Assembly (NCBI GenBank): GCA_000165425.1
Contig: CT868667.1
Span: 310,001-349,122, forward strand
From: Paramecium tetraurelia
Taxonomy: Eukaryota
Reading direction: 5' to 3'
Length of the DNA: 39,122 nt
Shown here: in pieces, positions 25,304-37,100 of the stretch
How the letters are laid out: every line of letters starts with the position of its first letter
How positions within the stretch are numbered: position 1 is the stretch's first letter
Translations under genes and position numbers: made by a program
The notes under the pieces: generated by a model
Seen by the model: only the letters and a program-made list of their open reading frames with translations
What the model was told of the DNA's origin: nothing
Databases searched by the model: none

Positions 25304-26169
25304 TTTAATATTAAAATTTCAGAGATTTGAATTATATTTCGTTAAACAAATAATTGAAACACGATTCAAATTATTGAGTCGTTTGATAATTTTTTGACAA
25401 GGATATGCGATATTCTTAATTCTATTTATTGGTAGAATAATTAAAGAATAGAATTTAGAATGATTTAGTACCATAGTTCTGTCATATAAATATTTGAACT
25501 GATTTAATAAATTGCTTAAGCATATTGAATTGTTATTATATTTTAAGAACTTTCTGTTGCTGCATGTGATGCTATTGAGAAAAAGAAATAAAGAAGAAAA
25601 AAAAAATGCCTTACGAATGTAAGTTATTAAATGACAAATAATGGTTTAGACTATATTTCTCTGCTACTTTAATTTCTAAACCCAAACAATCAATCAAATA
25701 AATCCAAATCTTCAAAAAATTCATATTTTTCAATCTAATCTAATAAAATTCAAATTAACATAATCAAAACCTAAAAATTATAATTCAAAATTTAATATGA
25801 TAATCAAAATACAACTCAATAATTTTAAAATTTACTATATAAAAAAAAATAACTAATAAACCTTTTACTTTTTATAATATCTAATTTAAAATTAAAATAT
25901 TATAATTATATTTAATAAATAAAAAATAAATTGATTTACAATAAAATGTTAAAAAAAAAGATAATTAATAGATATTTGTAAAAAAAATAATATTAAAAAT
26001 AAAAACTATTGAATTTAATATTATATATTTTCTTTTACTAAATTGCTCCATTCCTACCACAATTAATTAAATTAAATTAATCTAATTTTAATCTTAACAC
26101 TATATTTAAACATTTAAACTATTAATTTCCTAAATACTTTCAATTTCCTTTTAATAATGTTTAAATATA

Positions 26170-26319
26170 NNNNNNNNNNNNNNNNNNNNNNNNNNNNNNN
26201 NNNNNNNNNNNNNNNNNNNNNNNNNNNNNNNNNNNNNNNNNNNNNNNNNNNNNNNNNNNNNNNNNNNNNNNNNNNNNNNNNNNNNNNNNNNNNNNNNNNN
26301 NNNNNNNNNNNNNNNNNNN
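26170..26319. other. Assembly gap (150 N)
   Basis: Run of N, preceded by an extremely AT-rich tract. Confidence 0.99.
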
Positions 26320-26391
26320 CCTTTTTAAATTTAGTATATTATAATAAATAAATAATAAATGTTTTCGATTAAATAATATGTCATATCACAT

Positions 26392-28131
26392 TCACAACTT
26401 CTACTTATATTTTCTAAATTAAACCTCACTTGATTTCGAATCCCATGTTACCAACAAAGCTCCATCATCGCTCATTGTACCAAAAATCATATTTTAAATA
26501 AAAAATATTGCCTATTCTAATATAACTTTATTATCATCAATTGGAGGATTGGTAGGAGACTTAATTAAATTCACATAATGTCCATTTTTTGATAAGAGTA
26601 TATTTTTAGATTTATTGTATTACAAAGGAAAATAGTTTGCATTTCCTTTTCCTCCTGTTTAAATCTAAAATTGATTTGATTAAATGTATATTCCATTTTC
26701 TTAATCCATATAATAAAATATCAAGGATGTTCCTTCCAAAGACGAACAAGCAAAAATGTTATCGGTTATAAATGATATACTTATCCCTCCATTATGAATC
26801 TTTTATTTTACTTGCCATTACTCTTAATGAGATCTAGAGATAATTAAAATCAAATTATCATTTCCACAGGAGAGTAATTTATTGCCTTAATCATTAATGG
26901 ATAATCCGTATACATATGAAGTATGTTCTTAAATTGTTTATGAACAAGACCAATAGTTGAAATTAGTCATAGACCAAAATTTAATAGTTTTATCAGCAGA
27001 TCCACTTACAATACAATCTTCCGAAGATTAACTTATTAATAAACAGTTTATAGCATAGGTATGATTTTTTAATTTGAATAGAGCATTCCATTTTTTAAAT
27101 TGTTGATCAGGAGTCCAAATTACAATTGTGGAATCTAAAGAGCCTGAAATTAGTGAATTCAACATTTATGAAGCTTTTTTAAAGAAATTTAGAGTTGTCA
27201 CATGATTTTTGTGATTCCTTTCCAGGCTTTGTAAAAGTTTTGGTTCTTCTAATTAATTTAAGGATTAATTAATTGTTAGGATGTTTATGTTGCATTCTGA
27301 AGCAATGGCAATAAGAGTATTATTGTAATTGATAGCCAAGGCTTGGCATAATTCTCCTTATTCGTAAGTGAGCTTTGGGATAATTTGGTATGAAAACGAA
27401 CTACCAAGATTAGATTCCTTTAATAAAGGATATGACTGTATTTATTAATTATATTATTATAAGAATTCTGACATTAATGGCTATTTTATCTGTTAAGATA
27501 TTGACTATTATTATTTTTGTTATTAAAACTCGTGACATTCCTTCAAATTAACTTCGTTCTAGCTTCCAATTATTTGTTTCAATATGTTTTGAAGGTTACT
27601 ATACCCTTAAAAGGATTTGAATGGATCCAAATATGAATTTAACTTAATACTCTACGCTTTGTTAATCGTCATCAGTTCAAAATCGCTTGTTTTTTCTTCT
27701 ATTTCATTTGCCACCTGTTGGTTATTTATTAAAAGATCTAATTAGTTGAAAAAGTTATAACGAGCTATTTATTCTCCTTTTTACTTAATGCTATTAATCC
27801 AATTATTTACTAAGTTAGTCAATTAATCTAACTATTGTAAAATAATAGATTCCATTAAAGAAATATTGCCATAAAATTATTTGAGTAAATTTAGATGAGG
27901 GGTTATGATTTCTTCATACTAGTTTAATTTCTATTTAATTGGTTTTTCTATAGTTTCGATAATCTTATTTAATGGGCTCACATTAAGATGGGTCAATTCG
28001 ATGCAATTTTTACAAGCAAATCTTTGATCTGAGGTTAGCCCAGGTTACAAATTTACAGCACATATTGGCATACAATGATTTAGGAAACATTAATAGTCAC
28101 TAAGGTTCTCCAAGGGTTTGGGATTGAACAT
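26392..28131 (-). CDS. WD40-repeat protein with N-terminal Cys/His motif and coiled-coil (ciliate-expanded family)
   Basis: Intronless 1740-nt code-6 ORF, ATG at 28131 to TGA at 26394-26392. WD blades HKNHVTTLNF...LISGSLDSTIVIW, HTYAINCL...IVSGSADKTIKFW, HTSYVYGLSIN...LLSCGNDNLILI; C-terminal MSDDGALLVTWD. Confidence 0.92.
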
Positions 28132-30036
28132 TTAAAATAATATATTTGAATACATAAATGCATTCCTTCTAAATTAAAAATAACCATATTATGATAATTC
28201 TTTATTTTATTTGGATAATATGAATGGAAAGCTCATATCATCTGATTAAATCGTTTGATTTAAGAGAATGTTAAATTTCTTTCAAAATAACTTTGATCAA
28301 TAACCAAAAAGAATTTGCAAAACCTAGTCCTTTTAAAATATCGAATTTGTAATTTAGAGATATGAACGAATCTATTCTTAATGAACCATGAATCTCATTT
28401 TTGTTTTGGAATTAAGAAAATTTATGGAGTCGATACAAAAATGAAAAATTTTTAGAAGAATATATTAAATGAAATATCAAAGTATTGTTTCATTAGTAGA
28501 GACAAACATAAATTTATTATTTAAAAATATTTAATAGTAGATCATAAAAAGATTAAAAGCAACAATAGAATAATCTTTTACTACCTTAATATTTTAATTT
28601 GTTATGAGAATAAAACCTTTTCGGGTTTATAATTTATCAATCTAATGTATATATTGTGAAAATTTTTGAATAGTAAAACTATGTGACTAATTAGCTATTT
28701 GAACCTAAATCAACAGAAATTGCCAAGCAAGTATATTTGCCATTGCTTTGCATTCCTTAAATGAAAAATTTAAGATAAGTCTGAATCAATAGAAAATTCA
28801 TTATTGCTTTAAATTTAGAGAGTGAAAAATATTGAAAATCTTAAGATATCTAGTATGTATATTTTTCTTAATACAATGAAAAGCACTGATTTAAGAATGT
28901 TCATAATAATTAGTGTCTATTAAACTGTTAGAATATTCCCTCTATAAAAATAACATTTATGATAATTTAGTATTGAACTTTCACCTAAATTTAAATGTTG
29001 TTAAACTAATTATATCTCAAATTCTGAATGAAAAGGTCATAATTTACTAAAAATTAAAGCTTTGAAAGAAATTCTCTATTTAAATTTAAGATACTTATTC
29101 ATTTAATTATGGTTAATCAATTATATTCAATGCTCTTAATGATAACAACATATCATAATTTTTGCTCCTAAAACCAAAATTATAGTTAATTGTAATAAGT
29201 AAATAGTAAACCTAAAATATATATAATTATAATTGTTGATTATTTAATTTAATTAAACCTTAAATAACTATATAGTATTATAAAATTAATATCAATAATT
29301 TTTTATAGCTCAGAGATGGACCACTTTAATTATGAGTCAATTATTTATTATTCATTTTTCTTAAAATTCCTGCTAATTTTAATAGCTATTGATAACAATT
29401 ACAAAAAAGAACAGGAACTAAAAAGTTATTAATATGATATATCTTATAAATACAAAATAAGATAAATTCAGATAATAACAGAATATTAAATTGTGCAATC
29501 ATTGTGTTCTTTAAATTGTAAATTGAAGTCAAACTATTGATTTATTTATACCACAGTGTTAAATTGAAACATTGAATTACATAATCGAATTTGATATAAT
29601 TACAGAAACAAAAAGAATGAAATTCCAAACTATTGATATCACCTAGATTAAGCTAGTAATGTTAAAATAATTTGACTTAAATGTTATTATTGGAATTGAT
29701 TTACTGATTTGATATCCTTTTGTATACATGATAACAAGAGTAATGGTTAATGAAATTTAAATGACATAATTTCACTTTGTAATTGTATTTTTTAAAATAA
29801 GTAAGACCATTAAATTATATAATTCTAATAATTTTTGATATTTTATATGTATTGTCTAATATATTAATTAAATTTAAATTTCTTTAATTATTAGAAAGGA
29901 TTTTATAAAATTTAAATTAAAATTGAAAATAAAGATGTAAATTGAGAAAGAGATCCATTAGTTAATGTTAATTCGAAAACGATTGAAGATATTTTAGAAA
30001 TTACAGTAATAGTTTTTATAAAATACCAACTATATT

Positions 30037-31497
30037 TCAGGAATATACTTTGTTAAGACCATAGAAATCATTTTCTTCAATTGGTATTTCATTATCAATA
30101 CTGTCTAATCTCTATTACTTTCTTCGAGAAAGAGATAAAAGGTTTACATCTTAGTTGTTTAAATAGAGCCATTCTGATTTTCTTGCTGTTGATTTTAAAC
30201 TAGTTTCTAATTCATTACTTTATAGATAAATTGAATTAAAACTAATACCAATTTAATGACACCGCTCTATCTCTTCTCTTAACTTATTTGAACGCACTAA
30301 TAAATACAGCCTTGATATCTCGTAAATTATGTTTGAAAGAGTCATTTTCAATTCCATTTAGCTTTTAATGTTTCTGTAGAACTCTTGGAATTCTTTACTA
30401 TCTATTACTTCATTTTTTAGTTAAACCTTTTTAATTTAAAATTTCCAATTTCTAATGATTTTGATATCTTAGAATTGAGGATAATAAAATGATATTAGAT
30501 CTCGTATTACCTATTAATGTAAAAAGTAAGAGTTCATTGAATTTATAATAAATCTTGCCATAAATAGCACTGATACTATTGAACCAATATTTGCCAATAT
30601 ATCCCCAACAGTTGGGTATTCCAAAATAGTCTTTACCTGATTCCCTTTCATTTAGATATAAATTACAGAATAAGTTTCATAACCAAATGCCTATTTACAA
30701 TAAGAAACAGAATTAGTTTGAGGTTAAATTTAAACTCCGTTAACAAACTCATAATAATTTGGTTAACCAAAAAGAAACGAATTTCTCACATCGTAATATG
30801 TAGTTTGAAGATAAGTATTCAATGTATAGCAGCTTTCTTTTTCAACTTAGATTAAAAACTCTTAAACACTCTATTAAATTGATGCATCTTTAGAATTTAA
30901 TTAATTGTAATGGATTTGCATCACTATTGTGTTTAATGGTTATTTAAAAAAATCGTCAATTATATCTTAAGATGCACATTTTTCATCTTCGCTCAAAAGT
31001 TCTTCAGAACATTTAACAAAATAAATATACATCTCAGATGTCGTCATTAAAGAACCATTAATTTAAGAAAATCCAAGTTTCATTTATGGTATCAGAAACT
31101 AATTTCCATTATAACTAGTTTCATTTGAAAACTTTAATATTTAGGTGTCTACAACAATATAATTCTCAGTGTAACTTATCATTGGTATTAGAATTCTTTT
31201 CTCAAAAGGGTCAATTGCATCAATATTGTCTTTCCAATAATTAATCTTAATAATTCCATAATTCTAATCCAACAAAGAGAAATCAGATGCGTAAAGAGAT
31301 GTAGATATTTTAGGATTTAATTAGTAAGTATTCCACCTATAAAATTCCCAAAATGCATAAGCTAAACTTGAAGAAAAAATCAATAAGGATATTATACCTC
31401 CAAATATGCTTTTGTATATTTAAGAATCTTGATCAACTCTCTAAAACAGTTGTGCTCCAAACAAATCCAATTATTTTAGGATATTAAAAATTTTCAT
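30037..31497 (-). CDS. Ciliate two-transmembrane protein with large Cys-containing extracellular loop ('DLFG' family)
   Basis: 1461-nt code-6 ORF. N-terminus LKQLDLFGAQ...YKSIFGGIISLLIFSSSLAYAFW (TM1), ectodomain with VKC...CAS, and EYPTVGDILANIGSIVSVLF (TM2). Confidence 0.85.
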
Positions 31498-32975
31498 ATT
31501 ACTTAATTTTTGTAAATTAATAATTGCCTTCTTTGTTTATATTTATTCTGAGATGAGAATACATTACATAAGGGTCATCAATTCTTATAGCCCTCATAAA
31601 AAAATAATTGTTACTTTATTAATAATATTAATATTGTATCATTTCATTCATTTTAGGAAAAATAGTATATACAACATGATTTAACTCAAATCAAATATGT
31701 GTTAATATAAATTTATAACATTTTTGTTAGTTAAAATTGGAATTGAAGATTTTAACATTCTCTTTTTGATTTGAATGGAAAGAAAACCTCAATCAAAATT
31801 TTAATTTTAGAATTCCTAAAACTATTCTATAATAAAACATGATATAAAAATTTGTCTTTAGAATCTTTTCTAATAATTGTATTTGAATTTAACTTCTTAT
31901 GTTATTTCTCCTATACAACTAATTAACTGACTCCAAATAGGATAAAAATTCAAAGAAATATATCAACATTTGAAATCATAATAATATGAAGCAATATAAT
32001 ATCTCTATAAAACGCACAGGAATGCTATTTAATCATGACTCAAAATGTTATCTGTTTTCATAAATCTGCCTTTACTTTCACAACTTAAATGAATAAGTAA
32101 ACTTAAAACAATCTAGATAATCCTCTCTATCAGTATATTAAGAAAAGTTTAGATTTTCCTCTAATAAAAGAACTAGTGATAGCTGGAAGCAATAATGGTA
32201 GTATAAATCTCGTATCAATCAAATCTAACTTGGATAATTATCGATAACAAAAAAATCTTTCATATATTTAAACAGAAACTAAATGTTCATAATCCTTTGA
32301 TTCTTCTTTACTGTAAATTAAATGATGTATAATAAAAGAGAGTATGGGGATATAAGAAAAAGAAATGTTTAAATTGAGATCCTTTTTAAGCAATTACTCA
32401 ATAATGATTAACACTGTTTTGGTTTAAGGAATAATTATTATTAATAAAATTTTAAAACTTCATTAAATTAGTTGGTCATTGTTACTTAAGATTTTACTCA
32501 CATTCTAGTTTATTTACATAATTTTTTGAAGCGATACAATTTTTTTTATGACCTCTTTCTATATTATTCCTTAATTGATATTATTAGTCATTATTTCAAT
32601 CTGATATAAGAATTTTAAGTATTTTTCTTGAACCTCTTTTAAATTAATAGTCAAGTAATACTTAGGTTGAATATCATAATTTGTTTCAAAATTATGACTT
32701 TTTTAGAATTGAAAAGATTTCCTAAATTTTTTTAACATAATACACTAATGCATGACAGCATTTCTCCTTATTTATGTAAAATAATTACAATAAGAATAAA
32801 AATATCTTTGGTTGAGATAATTTTTCTTAAAAATGAAAAAGAAATGTAATTCATCAAAAAAAATTGACTTTTAGAATTTTCCTATTTTTTGATTTACCAA
32901 GCAATAGTGATACCATTTAAGAAACAAGTGCTTTTATTTGCTTTTAACTCAGCGTTAATCTTAAGGAATCTGTAA

Positions 32976-33293
32976 ATGCCTGGCTACTCGTCAGCAGCTA
33001 TTAATAGTTAACATTTATTAGAATTTACTCTCTTAAGATGTGATAAAATTGATCAAGGTAAATAAGTGTTTGATTGCTAATAAGAAAAAGAAAAAAAGTC
33101 CAATTATACTAGGAACTTTAGAAACATGCAATTAAAACAGAATTATCTTAGGTTTCATCTAGCCAAATTACCTTACATGAAATGGTTAATCAATGTATTA
33201 GATATTTTGAATTCAAATGCAGAAAGTTGTAAACATAAGACTTTTTTTAAAAGAGCTCATGAATAAGTTAAAATATATAAACTTTAAGATTGA
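32976..33293 (+). pseudogene. Short ORF or degenerate gene fragment of unknown family
   Basis: 105-aa code-6 ORF (MPGYSSAAINSQHLLEFTLLRCD...), with coding-like sequence continuing in another frame beyond the stop. No recognisable motif. Confidence 0.2.
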
Positions 33294-34150
33294 TAGAAAA
33301 AGATTTCAATGCAAGATAACGAACGACTATTTAGAAAAAAAATTTAGCTAATCGAACAACAAATTAAACTATAGTAGATGAAATTAGATTCTTAACAAGA
33401 ATCAAGAGAAAAAGATTGTCCATATTTCAAAAAGTAAAATGATTTATTGTAAAGAAAATACATAATCAGTAAATGAATATCAATTTCTCTATTTTCACAA
33501 ACCGTCTTTCTCGTACGATCATTTAACCCTCCAATCATATTTATTAAGTATAAATTATCAGCTATAATCTTACTTTATTCAAAACTCAATTCTCAATCAC
33601 ATATAAATTATCATAAAAATCTGAAAGAACTAAAAGAAATACGCACTAACATACAATCTAATATCAACTATTTTCATAATTCATTATTATTGTGATTATG
33701 AATGAAATTTTCAAATTAGATTTCAATAATTTTGGATTTATTATTCATTTGTAAGTAGAAATAAAAGGATTTAATTAAGTTATTGTATTTTTTGAAAGTG
33801 GAATTGAATAGTAAGGGGTTCAAATATATAGAAAAATTTTGAGCAGAATCATCTTAATTATGCAAAACACTATTAATAACTCCATTTCAACAAAGTTAAA
33901 TTTTAATATTGAAAAATTAATTTTAAATTGATTATATGAAATAAATTTATTTCATAAAACTCTTTATATAAGCTTAAAATTATAAGATCCAAAATTATAT
34001 TATATTTTGTTAAAAACAATTGATTTTGGATTGTCTCCAGTTCAAAACTAAGTATTTTCTAAAAATGATTCATATATACTGATATTAAAATAATTGCCCC
34101 CAAATACTATATTTAATTTTATTAGTTTATTAAAAATTTAATATAAATTC

Positions 34151-37100
34151 ATGATTATGGCATTTTTTTTATGCACTTACTCTGCAGCATAATATTCCTT
34201 CCCAAACACTACGCTTAATTTAGATTCTTTGAGTTTTTAAAAAGTCATTACAATTCATGAATCTGAATTATCTGAGGAGAGTTGCTTAACTTTTGGAATA
34301 TGGTCAAAATATAGCCCATTAAATATACAAAGTTTTAAGAATCAGATTGGAATGTTTCAAAGTAACTGCTTTTAATTAATTAATGTGATGGAATATTCTA
34401 CTCAGACTTTAAATTTTATTTATTATGTTTGCCTTGATTATTCTTCTAAAAGGATTGTAAAGACTATATAGTTTATAAGTGATTAAGATGAATAAATTAA
34501 ATTTGAGAAATATGTTGATCCATCCAAATATGAAAACATTTGGTATTAATTTTAGTTCATATCATGGCCAAGATTAAAGAAATTATAATTAATCATAATA
34601 TAATCAGAGAGCACAATTTTCAATGAAATAGTAGAGAATATTCAACCTTTAAAAAAATCGCAACTTTTGCTAACTTTTGGAGACAGCTTGGTAGTAAAGA
34701 ATTCTTAGATTGATTAACTTACCTCAGGAATGTTACTTTCTTTGTTCCCAGGATAAATTGTTACATATGACCCTATAATATAAGCAATCCCTACATCATT
34801 TGATTTTGAATCATAAATAATTCAAGGATATTAGAATCTAATTTAATGTAATTGTTAAAAAAATGAATAAGTGAACCTACAAAACATTGACTTAAGTGTT
34901 CTTGATTCTAAGATATATATTTCAGGAAATTCTAGTTGCGATTATTATGGGTTTGGGTTTGGGTTTGGGTTTGGGGTTGGGGTTTGGGGTTGGGTTTGGG
35001 GTTTGGGGTTGGGTTTGGGGTTTGGGTNNNNNNNNNNNNNNNAAAGATTATGTTTTAAGTTGTATGGTTAAGTAATATTAAATACAGTTTAGAATGCTGA
35101 AGAATTTTCTTACTAATTTATGAAAATGACACCATATTAAGGAAAAAGGCAACTATACATCGAAAACTTAGCAACGTTTGAATTATTTTATTTGATTTCT
35201 CAGTTTCAAGCAAAATTAGTGATTACATCTTATAATATTGATTATCCTCTTGTCTCAAATCAGGTTTTGGATAATTCATAAAAGAGAGAGATATAATTTT
35301 AGATTTAAACAGCTATTATTACATCATGGCATTATTTATTTTTAGAATTCAAAGATAATGAACTCAGTGTTAAAATAACTTTTTATGATTATTATTAAAA
35401 TGATATCAAATCTTTTGAGGCATAAATTAAAGTCAGTTAATTTCATAATTGTTAATATAAATTACATTACGGAAATATCTTATAGAATCGTTTAAATTAC
35501 TTGAATATGGCATTGAGAAATTTTCAATTTGGTAATTGCAAAGAAGATGAAAGGATTACAAAGTGTCATTAGAGTTGCTTAGATTGTGAGGGTTTTGGTA
35601 ATACTCGTTGTTTGTCTTGTTCAGTTGAGTCAAAAAGAATATATATTCCTGAATTTAAGCAATGCATTTGTCCAACTGACACCTTAGATTATGAAAATAA
35701 ATGTATTAATTATGAAGATTCAAATCTAAAAATACATGCTCTAAAGGAGAATGATTCTAAATGCAAAGCAGGCTACTTTGAATTAGACGATGATTGTGTA
35801 TAATGGTATATATAATATTGAATAATTTCTAGTCCTTCTATTATAAAGAATAATCTAATTACTTGTTTTAATTGCTTTTATGGAGGGGAGGATTGGGCTT
35901 AATATGCCATTTGTGATAATAACATATATTTTCCTTCACAGATTGGGGAATATGAGAATAAACTCACAACGAGTATATAGTATTTTCATGACGGATCTGA
36001 TTTAATAATCTGCGATACTTGCTTGCTTACTGGATTATCTCAAGATTTGTAAAATCCAGATGAAATTTATAAATTGTTTTTTTTTAAATCTTAGGGTTTC
36101 CAATTCTTTTGTTTTATAGAGGGGAATGCTGATGATGAAAGATGTACATATTGTAATGTCTCTAATTGCGAAATATGTGGCATTGATTTAGAATAAATAA
36201 TATGTTTGCAATGTGAAAAGGGCAATATTTTGATTAATGGAAATTGTATAAGCTAAAAGGAAATATTAGCGTACAAATTTTGCCAACCTCCATATTACAT
36301 GTCACATAATAAAGAGTGTAAGTTATGCGAAATAAATAATTGCCTATACTGTTTTGAGTATTATTTTAGTGATAGAATAGAATTAAGTACTTTTGAAATA
36401 TCTGAATCCATTATTCTTGATATGTAATTTGACTCTGTCTATGTAGGTTGTACTTTATGTGAAGATGGTTATATTTTTGATTTTTCATTAGGTTTATGTA
36501 TAAATTAAGCTCCAAGAATACAATTTTGTTTAATATCTTATGTAAAATCTTTAGAAGAAAAATGTATACTATCAAGTTCTAATGATTTCCAAGTATCTCG
36601 AGTAACTAATGATTGTGAGATTTTTATAGTTAACTGTTCCAAATGCGCATTAAATTTGTACTAAATAGTTATTTGCATTGAATGCAACATCGGATATGTG
36701 TTACAAGAAAATAAATGTTATATGAATGAAGAATTTGGATTGAATTACTAGAAAGATATATGGGATTTATATATATAAGCCTTTTTATTGACGTACTATC
36801 CAGAAAAGGAGTTGCACGGTTAGAAATCAGTAGACACTCTATACTAGTGTGGTTCCTAATGTTTACAATGCAAAAAGGAGGACGACTAATATTATTGTGA
36901 TAAGTGTCTACTTAACTATTTGGTGTATACCATTAAAATCTAATAAGGGCTTTACTGCCCTTCCTGCCCTAAACTTTGCTAAGTTTGTAAATATCGTACC
37001 GTTGAAGAAATTAAGGTATTTTGAAATTAATATATATATTAGTCTTTTAATCCATTGTTTGAACTTACCGAAATCAGTGCATTTTATACATAATAGTGTC

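Noticed and set aside
25660..26169. Very AT-rich tract with one AAACCCAAAC as a telomere or regulatory element
   Set aside because: A single unit only; low-complexity sequence next to a gap, probably a low-quality contig end.
28132..30036. Long spacer as a transposon or retained IES
   Set aside because: I found no terminal inverted repeats, transposase motifs or interrupted ORF defining TA boundaries; it cannot be called without germline versus somatic comparison.
34871..35071. Gly/Phe/Trp-rich peptide (GFGFGFGVGVWGW)
   Set aside because: It is simply the translation of the telomeric repeats.
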